DNA of 64,000 nucleotides, taken from positions 5,704,001-5,768,000 of the forward strand of contig OZ059899.1 of assembly GCA_964057225.1 (NCBI GenBank), read 5' to 3'. Source of the stretch: Auanema rhodensis (lineage: Eukaryota > Animalia > Nematoda). Of the stretch, positions 12,531 to 25,600 are shown piece after piece (position 1 is the first letter of the stretch; every line of letters starts with the position of its first letter). The notes under the pieces are model-generated. The model ran no database searches, was not told where the DNA came from, and worked only from the letters and a program-made list of their open reading frames with translations. The position numbers and the translations under genes are program-made.

Positions 12531-15440
12531 TTAAGCCTTCTTCTCAAGCTCGATAAGGTGCTTGACTCCATCGTACATTTGCTTGACAGCCTCGAACTCA
12601 GTAAGTCCAAGACGAGCCTTGTTGGAGATATCGTAAACTCCTCCCTCAGACTCAGAGTGTTCTCCATGAATACCACGAATCTGAAATATAACTTATAATT
12701 ATAATTGCCTTAGATTAGTCACCTGGAGCTTAAGTCCATCACAGATAGTCTTGAAGTCAGCTCTCTTGGAGATCTTGGGGAGACGAATGTGAACGGAAGC
12801 TCTGACGGTGGTGCCTGAATAGTACTCGTAATAAAAGAAAAATGAATATTTCAATATACCAAGGTTGGATGGGCAGAAAGTGAGCCATCCGAGACGTTCA
12901 TCACGACTGAATGGAGCTTGAGATTCAATAGTCTTGACTCCTTGGATGAGACGCTCAAGAACTTGTCCTACATTTCCTCCTTCTTGCATGGAGATGATAC
13001 GGAGGTGATCTTCTTCATTGCACCAAACGAGGAAAGTCTTTTGCTTGTTGTGGAAAATACCACGGCCCTTTGGCCAATAGCGACAAGCGTTGGCTTCTTG
13101 GAGGAAACTAAGCAATCCACGAATTATAAAATGTTGACAATTTTTAAACTAACCGGTCTCCTTCCTTGAAGAGGAAGTGATCCTGGATAAGCTGGTTTTG
13201 AACTTCCTTGGTCATACCGTCAAGTGGGAAGTATGTTCCTTGAAGTTCTGGAGCATTGATGTTTTCGAAGATCTTTTTGACTTTGCCTAAAAATGTTAAA
13301 TAATAAATCGATGTTTATTCTTTTCCAACCTTCCATTTCGAGGTAGTTAGCCTCAGTCAAGCATGGGTTGAATGGATATCCAGCAAGAGAACGTCCACAA
13401 CTAAATTAACAAAACTATTATTTTCTCAGAAAATTACGAAAAATACCGAATACGGGTGGAGTTGATGAACTTGCCCTCAGGATCGAGGTCAACAAGTTGA
13501 GAAGTCTTTCCCTCTCCGAGGTCGGTAGCTGGTTGCTTTTGGCTTGGAGCAAATCCATTGTGGTAATCCTGAAAAGTTTTTTATTTAGCACCAACTTTAA
13601 TGTGTGATTAAAAGATTACACCACTGCTTTGAGTCATTAAACTGATTATTTATGTTCCAAAAAATTGTTTACAGGCGAATAGCATTTCAACTAGTATTAA
13701 ACAACATCAAAAATATTCGGGACTGTTGTAAACCGCGTTCTATACGCATTTTCTCTCATATTCCTCTATTTTGTATATCAAGAAAGTTAACATTAATTAA
13801 TTCCTCTTAGTTATTGTTGAACTGTTTCATCATGGTAATCTATTAAACAATACTAACCTCGATGAGAGGGTCGAAGAGAGGCTTGAAGAGGGTGTAGGCC
13901 TCAGCATCGGGAGCATAGACTCCGACACCAGAGTCGAGATTAGCAACTCCTGAAAAATAAATACGTTATTAAAATTCTTCAAATCCCTCAACAATTTGTT
14001 TCAGAACAAGAAAACTTAGGTCTGAGCAAAGATGTCAGTTGCTCTCCTAGGTCAATCTAACTATCTTTCTTTTTCAGCTCTCGACAAGAGATGCTGGCAA
14101 TTTTTCTATTTTCTCTCATTTTTTCTCCTTGTTTTCTTTGGAAATTGTCGGAAGATGAGCTAAGCGAATTGGCGATTACAAACGACTAGAGTAATATGAG
14201 ATGGGCAAACAGGCTTCATTGGAAAAAAGTGAATGTGTCATTCAAGTTTCTTTAACTTTCTCCGTCTTATTTTTTTCTCTTAAAATTAGCAATTTAATAA
14301 AAAAAAACTTGCCAGATTGGATGACATCAAGAAGGTTAGCTCCGAGAGCGGTCTTCTTGTTTTTAAGCTGGTCGACAACTTCCTTGGTAAGATATTTCTT
14401 CAGGAGAGAATGGCAATCAGCAGCATTCTGAAATATTGGTGTAAAAAACAATTACTGTTATGCTGCATCTGCATATCGAGAAATGCAGATATTTCTGTCT
14501 CACAATAAACAATCTTAATATTTTCTAACAACAGTTTTCGTAAAAAATATTGTTTTATTTACAAAACTAATCGAATAAATGCTATTTCTTATAACTCAGA
14601 GATTATCTACGAGTATTACGATGCATATCCCCCAGATGATAAGGCTAAATTGCCATAATCACCATAATAATCTTTAAAAAAAAAGATATAAATGTTTTTG
14701 AAATAAAACTCTGCGAGAGGATGTGTCGCAATCGTAGCCATTGAAATTCAAAAGATAATCACGATTCACACAAATGTTGATTTCGCTTCGATGTTTTTTT
14801 GGAAAATACTAACAAACCAAGTCCCCCGTGACTAAAGCAGCCTGCAAATGCAGAGCTGGCCTTGGCAGAAATCAATATCTTGAAGACATTCAACTCAAAA
14901 AAAAGACATACATACGTATTCTGTTACTACTTTTAAAAAACGAACAATTGTAGGCAGACAGCTACCTCTATTCATCATATGGGTAATAGTGAGGTCATTC
15001 CCTAAGAGCCTATGAAACAAACCAGATATATCTCACACAACCTTGCCCATGTCCCAACACCAATCAAAAACAAGAACAATTATCAAAATTGGTTCAAAAA
15101 CAATTTGGAAAAATGCCACATTGTATGACTACAATGTGAAACGGGCCTTTTTTTCTACTATAGCAATAACTTTTCGGTTGAACATAGAAATCCACCATAT
15201 AGAGAAAATAGTAGTTTTTAGAACGTTTTAAGAACCTTGTTGATTATTGCTCCATGTGAATTCATCAGAGCGATGAAACAATACTGATAAGAAAGTCCAG
15301 GAATCGTTAAGAAAAAATCACTTACAATCAGAGTCTTTACTTTCTCAGAAAAAAATTTTTATTTTCAAAAAAATATAACTAACCTGAAGTTTTTGGTAAC
15401 CTTCCTCAATTTTCTGAATAGTCTCTGGTGGGACAGCCAT
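12531..15440 (-). CDS. Arginine kinase (phosphagen kinase)
   Basis: [19 protein letters not shown]|[14 protein letters not shown]...[22 protein letters not shown]...[19 protein letters not shown]...[10 protein letters not shown]...[14 protein letters not shown]...[17 protein letters not shown]...[27 protein letters not shown]; all hallmark motifs present. argk paralogue not assignable. Confidence 0.98.
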
Positions 15441-17313
15441 GTTGATCAAACGTGAGAAGTTGCTTGTATTCCGGACGAAACCGCGAATGCACTGCAGAGC
15501 TAACTGATGGCAGCAGTGAAAACGGCGCTCATGCCCCGCCTTTTGTTGATGTGTACGTTAGACGTAGAGAGCGCGAGACAAACATATTGAAAAATGCAGT
15601 GGTAGCACAAAAAAAAGAGAGAGATGATAGAAGCAGAGAAAAAAATTAGCATGGCCATCATATGCTTAATAACATGTTAAGCTTGAGGAATTCGGATCAC
15701 TGATTATTTCTATTTCAATTTAATGAAAAAATTTAAAATAAATTCAATTTTAAAACTTTAACTATTTATAGTTCAATGCAGATGCAAAAAAAGATCTACA
15801 AATGTCTGTCAAAATACAACAACTTTGACTACAATTTAAGAATTAGATTCAATACCGAGTTTTTTTTTGAAAGAAAAACTGCATTTAAAATTCACAGCTA
15901 TTGATTAAATAAAATATGGAGAAATTGAGACCTTTTGGTTGTTAGTCTGCTGCATATGCAACGATTTTTTTCCTATCTTTCGAGATTTTTACTTCTCGTT
16001 GATATATTGAAATACCACAGGTTGGGAACATTTTGTCATTATTATTCATTTGGTAACTGCATCATTGGTTTTTTACTTCAATCCATTAAACATTTATACT
16101 TTAAAAAAACTCCCAAGACCATATTATATTAGACTAAAAACTAGTATTATGAGTTTTAACCAATAATGCGAACATAACCGGTTAAATTCATGCATTAAAA
16201 GGGGGTGACAAGCTTTTGCGTTGTTAACACTCTTAACAAACATTTTTACTATTTTTATCTGTAAAATTTAAAAAATCAATGTTTTTAGCATGACTCATTA
16301 GATGGTCTAAACGATAGGGCTATGTTGATTCGTCAATCCTCTCCCATTCACTGTTTCATTAAAAAATAGCCTTCGGTTTACAAATTTGTCATTTCCTTTA
16401 AAAAACATGCTGATCATTGTTTCGACATATTGTTCTTTTGATCAATAAACGTTCAGTGTTTGAGCAGTCGAAACAAGGTGTTCAAACGCTTGGGTTAGAT
16501 TTTAAAGGAATTGATACTTGCAATTTTCTCACGTGATGACACAAAAGTTCTAGAATCCGAAAAAACAGTTTACGCATATCAGTCTTGACGATCTTCCAAA
16601 TTTTATTTACACTGGGAGTCGTGAAGCTCAAAAGTAAATTAACAGTTCCTCAACGGTAGATGGGATTGAGTATCATTTCTATCGCGATCTCACGCGGAAT
16701 GAGATTCTCTAACCAAATGCTTTTGATAATTTATTTTGTACATATAAATTTTAGAAATTTTGATCTAAGTCAGAAACTACATGAGGTCATTTAGATGGTA
16801 TTTCCAGCTTTTCAAACATATGCTTCCCATAGTATCTCTTTGTGGAGCTCGTTTTCAGTTCTACTTAATATCATCTCTCAGATGTTCTTCTGCCAACTGT
16901 GCTCTATTTCCGCTTGAAGATGGGCTAAATCACTTTCGTTCTCTGTTTCAACCATCTGGTCGAAGATTGGCCAGAATCAGCTTTTGTCCAAGACGATCCG
17001 AGCGTGGTGTTGACTCCGGTTTCTTAGCTGCCATTCATCTTTTCAGTTTTTCAACTAGCTTGATCCTTACACAAAATCATGCTGTAACGGGGAAGTTGGA
17101 CAACAACTGAGGGATAGAATCATTAAAGCTAGTTGAGATTCTCAAATTTATTTCACTGATATGTTATCCATTATCTATGAAAAAACACTTTGGTTTTAAC
17201 TTTCAAGAAATTCTTGAACAATTGCTTTATATAAATACTCACATCAGAACAAATTATTTTAATCGTTAGATTACATAAATAAAAATCAATCAATATCAAC
17301 AAAATTGAAGTAA

Positions 17314-18604
17314 TCATGGTTTTGGTGGGTTGTTTGTAACATTAATCTGCGAATCTGCTATGGTTGGAGAAGATGACAACTTATGAATATCTTGAGGAAG
17401 CTTCTTGCCCTAGTAAAAAGTGTTTATAAATATGAGTATATTATCAAAAACAAACTTGTATGGATTGCAGCAATTCCTGTGGAGAAAGACTGGGGCGTTC
17501 GACTCGGAGATCCAAAACAGCAGCCTAAATCAATAGAGATGTTTGACTTGTACAGCATATTTTACCTTAGGTTTGTTGGAAGCTCTCAGTTGAGGTCTTG
17601 AAATTGGAAGCTTTGTACGAGCATTAAAAATGAAACTATTAGCTGTGCCATATTTTGAATTCATGATAGTCTAAAAATCATTATGAAAAAATGATTTTGG
17701 TACTTTTAACAATTGAATTATAGAAAATATATATTGGGCTAGAATGAATATTTTTAAAAATAGTACAAATTACCTGAATTATTCCCAATTTACAATTAGG
17801 ATCGTTTTCTTTATTCGAATTACATTTGTTATGAGCAGCTTAAAAAAACGTAATGAAGTTACATTGATATATAAAACTAGAAATCATACGTCGAAACATT
17901 CTAATTCGGAGAATTTGATCAAGTTCCTTGTAACACAAATAAATATTATTATATTTTCCTTTTACATAGTGTCCAGGCAAAAACCGTTCGTTTTCAATAT
18001 AACATTCTAAAAGTATTGGCATTTCAATATCATTGTTTGAGTTTATAACCTTTTGCTGCAAATGTTACAAATCCATCATCATCTTCTCGACACTCATATA
18101 CAAAACCATCATTTCCTTTGTACTCTTGGCCTATGAATACTGGTCGTCCGAGATTTCTTGTGACAGCCAAACCGTTTTCTGGATCGCACGCTGAAAGCTC
18201 GAACTATTTTAATTAAAATTACGAAAAACTGAATAGGTCGCAATACACTTTTACGTTTTGACCTTGGCTGAACCCATCAGGACGTACAAATATAGAACAA
18301 CATTTTTTTGTCAAATGAACTGGCCGAAACATAAATTTTTTAGACAAGTTTACAGCAGAATTCGGAGATAATAATGTAGTGGCATTGCCCGAAAATTCAT
18401 GAAAATTTTGGAATTACCAATTGGTTTTAGTTCTTGTTTTGTAACAACTCCGGATGCCTTTTGATAATCGCAATTAAATAATATATGATGTCGAACAAGC
18501 CATTGATTATGTCGACATTTATCAATATTAATGTTGGCTATATTAGCCATTTCGACTAAACTAACAACATACATCATGAGTATGATTAGATCTGTCAATA
18601 TCAT
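17314..18604 (-). CDS. Secreted Cys-repeat protein (MIG-18-like / fibronectin-type-I-like repeats, tentative)
   Basis: tttcag-cc-ATG and hydrophobic signal peptide MILTDLIILMMYVVSLVEMA. Seven exons join in frame: ...ILFNCDY...LKPI|ACDPENG...GQEYKGNDGFVYECRE...AAK|ECYIENERFLPGHYVKGKYNNIYLCYK...|...AAVLDLRVERPSLSPQELLQSIQ|GKKLPQ...NNPPKP*. Family assignment is from the Cys/aromatic pattern only. Confidence 0.7.
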
Positions 18605-19066
18605 GGCTGAAAAGAAATAAAAATTAAGAATTAAAAGTTTGAATATAAATGTAATGAAAATATGAACATACTATAAACTGAAATTGTAAGACCAATTTGT
18701 ATACATATATGTAGGTGTCTCCTCCTTAATATTCATTCAATTAAAGGTCATATAATAAAGAGTACTATGAGATTTTGAATGAAATGGAACTAGTTAAAAC
18801 AAATTGATGTATAATTTACTGAACTATTCAATCCACAAGGTGCGTAAAAAGCTAGAGTATACATTGGTCGGCATAATGACCATATGTAAGTTTTAATGAA
18901 TATCCTCAGATTATGCAACCGGTTGTATAAGATGCAATTTGATGAAGACTTGAATTCGCTTACTTATAGAAGTTTTTTCAATGAAATAATGCTGTGCAAC
19001 TATATACATTTATTAAGAGCATATCACAGGACTGTTAACAATATAACACAAGTTAAAAAAAAGCAT

Positions 19067-21452
19067 TTACATTTTTTCAACGAAAGAGACTTTCTCCTCT
19101 TTGGGATGGTCCATAGTCCATTTCAGCACGAGATTTTCAATTTGTGTCCCTGCTAGTTTAACAGTCCATTCAAGATTATTTTTGGAATTCAAGACACATC
19201 CTTCACGACGATTAGATACTTTGCTGTTGGTAGATGTTGCTACCTCTTCTTGAGCAGTTATTGTTGGACTAATAAGCTTAATCTTAAATGAAACTTAATT
19301 AGAAAAACTTCATTTAATTCAAGAACGTACTTTAATCTTCTCATCTGTAGATCTTGGAAGATGTTCATTAATAGTTAAAAGAATTGAATCCTTTCTTGTG
19401 TTTTTCACAACAATCAACTGTTCAGTAACGTTTGCAGAGCTCTTGTTAATGATTCCAACCTAAACAATATTTTATAAACACAAATCTTCATTAAACCCAC
19501 TTGTTCATGGTATTTCTTTGCTGGCTTATATTCAACTTTGATGGCTGTGTCAACTCCAAGTGATGTCGAGAAACGCTCGTTTGGTGACACATTTTTCAAA
19601 TATGTCTATAGAGAAACGTAAAAAAAACATTAAAAAAAAGACAAATAAACCTTTGCAACGAATGAATTGTTCAAATAAACTGCGGCATCTCCAGCCAGGA
19701 AAACCAAAGCAGAGTTATTGATAGCAGATGCGGTTAGGAAAACTGAAGTATTCTTTGAAGGAACACATTCGTGAATCAGCAGTGGCTCGATATCAACAAT
19801 TCCGATAGTAACCTGGATTGATTTTCAAAATAAAAGGTAGAAGCAATAAAAAACCCACTCGTTGTTCATCATTTCCAGTAGGAATACTGGTTTTACGTAC
19901 AATAGTAAACTCGGTACTGAGAGCTTGTTCTTCCACAGCAGCCTGAAAATAAGTTAAGTTATACATAGTAAAATAAAAAAATAATCAATGTATTGTGAAA
20001 ATAACTTACAACAGCATATCGCATTTCCGACTCATTTACGGACATATCCATCGCCATCATTGGAGCAGCACATCTTTTAAAACTTTTACATTTATTAGAA
20101 AACAGGCATTATTATCACTTACTTTAACGATCTAGCTCCGCCGTGGGAAGGAGAACCAAATGACGCCTCCAAAGTTCCCAAATCAGGAATATTGCCTCCA
20201 AGACAAGGCTTGGCAGTGGAAAGAATCTTAACATATAATTATAGTTACGATTTTTAACTCCATCTGTACCAATTGTGTATCGTTCCAGTCTTCTCCAGTG
20301 CTCTGTGTGATTTTGCCATAATATGTAATTTTGATGTTTTTCTTATCCCCAGTCTCAACTCTAAGATCATAGCTTGGCCGCCAGCTGGCGCAATAGACTT
20401 GATAAACCAGATCAAGCTCGATATCTCCTCCAGCACCGCTTTCAATGGTTATTACAAATTTCCTAAAAAGCAAAAAGTAATAACGCTGTTCTCAAGAATA
20501 CTACTTTGATGCTCCGGAATCAATGGAATGCTTCTTTGAGTCATATTCTTTTTGAGCTTTCTGTAGCTTCTCTTCAGCAATTTTAAGCTCAAGCTCACGA
20601 GCACGCTTTTCTGAAATAATTTTGGAATACGAATGAAGACTCCAGATTATATCCCTTACCATGTGAACAAGTTTCAGCATTATTTCCATAAAAATCAAGC
20701 ATAGCTGTTACATTTGCAAGAACATTTTGGTCAATGGTGATCGCAGCTTCATTTGGCAGAGCACGTTCACCAAACTATAATATTTAAAATAAGCATAGTA
20801 TTTGTAATCACTGTAAAACCTGTTCAGTTAATTTCTCAAGTATTCCAATTTTTCTGGTGAGAATTTCTAAACTATCTTTTATTCTTCGAACATTGGCTTC
20901 CTCTTCAGATACGGCATCACGTAAGCCAGTCAACTACAAATAAAAATATCAATATGATAAGAAAGTTATTAATTTCTTTTGAAACCTTTTTTTCAAATCA
21001 AAGGTTTCTGATAACGAAATTTTGACTAGGACTATTATTGCAAATGATTATTAATCAATATATTTATATTAGATCAAGAAAAACTTTGTCTGACATTTCG
21101 TAAAAAAATTCAAATAAAACATTATCTATTTGGAAAAATGACTAACTTCAGGACTTTGAACATCGTCGTGGGTTCCATATTTTTCCTGAGTTGTAACGTC
21201 TACAATAATAGCATCACCTCTTCCATCAACACGGACAGAGTCATGCACAGCATTTAAAGAAACATTCTGAAAAATTAGCAACTTATTTTTATCTACTTAA
21301 ACCTAAAAACATACATTGACATGAATTTCGTTAGTTCCTTTTTCAACAGCGGTTTTAATAAGACGCTTAACTTCTGCTCGGTCATTGAATACAACAACTT
21401 TGTCGATTGGGGAATCGCGGCATTCAACAGAAATAATTTTAACTTCAGCCAT
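19067..21452 (-). CDS. DUF4140/DUF4139 protein (C. elegans F37C4.5-like; TIGR02231/MuiA-like family)
   Basis: N-terminal IDKVVVFNDRAEVKR and DSVRVDGRG, a coiled coil, YQVYCASWRPSYDLRV, ITQSTGEDW..LILSTAKPCLGG, FLAGDAAVYLNNSFVAKT, SLGVDTAIKVEY, EHLPRSTDEKIKI. ttcag immediately precedes the ATG. Confidence 0.9.
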
Positions 21453-22645
21453 CTGAATCAAATTATACAAAAAGAATTTGCGGAAAGGTTGAACAGAAAC
21501 GTTTATATGCGATACAAGGGGGTGGAGTTCGATATAACAACGAAACAGATTGCCCACAATGTGTACTCTACCAGCGAAAACTTCTAGAAATGATGGTTAC
21601 AGCAATAACAGCGTTTTAGACATTTTTTCAAATGAACAAGGACAAATTATAAAAACGTAAGAGAGGCCCGAATCGCAAAATGTTTATTTAAGATAAGAAA
21701 CATAGATGAACATAAAATAAAAGTAATTGATGATTCACATGTAACTTTTTTTTACCAACTTATTCAACTGAATTAAATTTGTACACATAAGGCGAGATTA
21801 AAACTATAAAAAATTTGGAGCATAATATAGAGTAGAGAAAACAAAAAACCGGAGTTACGAAAATCAACGACATAGCCAAAATGAAATAGTCGTTTAATAA
21901 TATTTCTGCATATACTGAAACAGAATCATGAGAAAAGGAAAACTAATAACTATAGCGCTTATTGTCATGGTGATGGAAGGCTCCAAGGAAATTGTTTAGC
22001 GAGTGAAAAATCCAACACAATAAAGGAATTGGAGAATTTTACAATGGAAAAATTTGCTTCAAAGAAAAATTAAGTGAAAGAAGGAAAGTGATTCGATGTT
22101 ACCTGTGGATTCGCTTTTATAGAGGACAGACAGTTCGATGACTCATCACTATTTCTTTAACAATCACATGAAATAGATGAGTCATGAAAAAAATACGTAT
22201 AATTTCGCTCACACTAAAACATTTTAGATACATGAAATTCGGAAATTGTACGCAATATTTAACGTTAAATTTGTTGTTTAAAATTGCATGTATAAGCTGA
22301 TAACAATTATGTGATATATATTGTATAAATCCCTTCCTCTTTTGAAAGCTACGTTCTTTCTAATTTAGAATATTACGAATATCTCTATATATTAATGTAA
22401 GATTCTCTAGCACATAATTATTCGTATTTTTGGATTACGGTAATTGTTATCTCTAGATGTACTTAAGTCCCATAAAAAAACATACTCTAGAACTCTTTGT
22501 CATTAAAATATTTCATAGGTTTATAGATCAATCGATTGTACCAATAATAATAATTTATTCGCATGTCTAAAAGCATTATTCGTTCAAGACACTCGATGTG
22601 ATAAATTAATCTTATTTATAGTTTTAACTCAAGTAATACTAATGC

Positions 22646-25600
22646 ATGGGAGGAAACTTTGTTGTTGCCATTAGTAGGAAGAGGAAGCACGAGGACGACA
22701 ACGAGGAGCAGATGATGAGACGGTGTGCAAGGCTCCAATCTAGCAATGAACAGGATTGTATAACAGGAAATATGCTTAATGAGGTTCGTGAGAAAAGGAA
22801 TATCAGAGAAGGGTATCAAAAAATGTTTAAATCTTCACGCAGCGTAACGTCATGATTATTCTTGTTATTCGGCCACAATAAGTGGTTGTAAGTTGAAAAC
22901 TTTGAAAGAAATATGATTTATGAGAACGAGAAAAAAAAGCATAGTTGGATACCATCGCGAATACAATACTTTCAGCCTACTGAAGTAATCGTTGATGGAA
23001 GTATTACTCTTAAAGACTTTATTAGTAAGGGCTTCACAAAACCCAAATGGAAAAACTGCCTTCTTCCATATCACAATGATCTGAATAAGGTATCTGCAGA
23101 AAAGTTGAGCCAATTAATGTAAATTTTTTTCAGTGGGCTGATGATCAGCTCACTCACATTCTCTGTGGATTGAATGTTGCAGTTGTTGTTGGGGAACCAG
23201 TTCCAGCATTATATAATTTTATGGTTCATTTATCTCAGTAAGCATAACGTTATAAACTCAAAATTTTTGTATGTTATGTAGATACATCGATCGGTTTGGG
23301 TTACGGTTCACATATGCTCAACATGTCAGGCTTATTAAGCTTTTTTATCAAATTCTTACTCAAGAAGACGAGTGGCATGAAGCAGTGCATATGTGCAGTA
23401 AAGTTTTAGAAAAACTGATACGGTTTGTAATCTTATAGACATGAGAAACGTTTTGTATTTCAGTGGATCTCGCCTCTCAAGGAAAGATCTTGAATTGGAC
23501 TGGAAACCAGTCTATAAACTTTATTATGAATCCAAATATGGTATCCAATTTCAATTTTTTTCCTAATAATATATATAATTTTACAGGTAAAATCGAACAA
23601 ATTGACAGTGATAAAATCGGAGAAGTTGTTTTTAATTTGAAGAAATTTTACCCCTTGTCAGCTACAAAAGAGATATGGGAGCAGGTACCTCTTAACTTAT
23701 TTTGTTGAAGGCTAAGAATTATTTTAAGCTTCAAATACATATTTCTCCTCGTTACTCCAACAAAATGTTTACAAATCTTTGCCTTCTGTTTCTTCCTACT
23801 AATATGACAGCAGAGGTTTGTTATATATATATATTTATTTATTTATTTATAACTTGGAACTTTTTCAGGAGCATCGTATGTATGGTGCCGGTTTGTGGTG
23901 GGATGTAGTATGGGGTTTCTACTCAGTTGTGGAAATGGGACATTTTTGGGGAGAGGAGTCACCTCTGTTATGTTCTTAGTATGTTTAACAAACAGTTTAT
24001 TTTTTACGTTTTGTTTAAGTCTTCATTATCATGCGCCTGATTTTATGGATTATTCTGTTCTCTATGATGACACATTTTCTAGAATTCTTAGAAGCTTGGG
24101 TCTTTCAATGAGAAAAGGAAAAATTGTGGTGATAATGTTAAAAAGTTCTTTACCATTTTGGAAGTTTCAAATTTAAGGTTGGTGATGGAGGTGGTGTTCA
24201 AAATATTGATACCTACGGTTATTGGGTAGGTAATTGGATTGGAGGGCCGAAATCGTTGAGTTTTAGATATTCATATAGTGTTCTAATCTCCTATATTAAA
24301 GATGCCATTCACATTTAAGTCGTTTAATGAAATGCTTGGAGCCTTTTCTACATCCTTCAAATGCTGGTGACCATACTAACATTATTTTGCTTTTTATGCA
24401 ATGCATCTGCGATCGCATGCTTAAGCGAGTATATGAGGAGAGAATAAAAAAACACAAAAGACAGGTAAGTCTGGCCATTCATCGCTACAATTTACTATTA
24501 TCAAACTTCAGTGTCCTAAAGAATATTACTTAACGGATGATGATATTTCAAAGTTTGTCGAAGTTATGCTTTCTCCAGCGTTGACTGCACTGTATAATGG
24601 GGATGATTTGAAGGTTCTTTTATATTCCAAAATATTGTTTTAACGTTTATTAGTTTAGATGTGCACTAAAGTTGTTATGATGTTGGCTTCTTTGGATCCT
24701 GGAGCAGTTATACCTAAGTTCTTAGAACAGTATGCTTTTTTTTATTTTCAAAAATGGTAGTAATATATTTTTAGCACTTACCCAGCTCTGAATGCCGTTT
24801 GTGAGCCTCACCGTCTTGTTCAAACATTAGACTGTTTAGTAGAATTAGTTTTTCAATTGGCCATTGATAATTCTCCAAATCGAAAGAAAGCTGCGATAGA
24901 TGGAAATTGGATGGAGGAGCTTGAAAAAGTTAGCTTAGCTTGGGAAGAAATATTTATAGTTATTAATAGATTCGCGATATGTCGTCTATACGTTGTCACA
25001 AAACGTCTTCCTTAACATTCAGGGAAAAACAGATGAAAAGCCAACATTTTCTGACTCTTCGTCATCATCTGATAAACCTAATGGAAGCTTTAACAGTGGC
25101 TATAGATATTAACGATGTGGAGAAAACTCTTATTAGTTTAGAGGTAGCAGAAGTAGATAATGATGTAATGATAGTTGAATTCTTTTAGAATTTGATTATG
25201 ATTTTCTACTTAGTACCTATAATTGATTGTTCGTCTTGTCCAAAATATTGGAAAGATTTATCCGAAGATGAAAAGCAGCTATGTGAGCTGACTGGCCGTC
25301 TTCCTTTGATTGCATTCGAAATTATAAACAAGTGTTTAAATTTTAAATATTTTAATTATTTTTTTCCTGTTTCAGGATTTTGCAAGTGGTGGAAAATCTT
25401 TCTGTTTGTGCTCCAAAAGATTCTTTAGAACTTCTTGGAGGACTTAAGGTTTAGTTTTTGTTGTTATTAAATTTTTAATATGACTGTTTAGGACGATTCT
25501 ACTAAAACAGGTGATGAAGAAAAAGCTCTAAGAAAAGTTATAGACCGATGTATTAGTGTCCTACTCACGCAATCCTCTCCAGATGTTGTATTGGTATGTT

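Noticed and set aside
16781-17110. 109 aa ORF in a GC-richer patch
   Set aside because: No recognisable motif or splice context, and the opposite-strand frames contain stops; possibly a relic.
18250-18388. Open frame inside intron 1 of the Cys-repeat gene after a TTTTCGG pseudo-acceptor
   Set aside because: Would need a GG acceptor and a 29 nt intron; the direct join LKPI-ACDP fits the repeat pattern.
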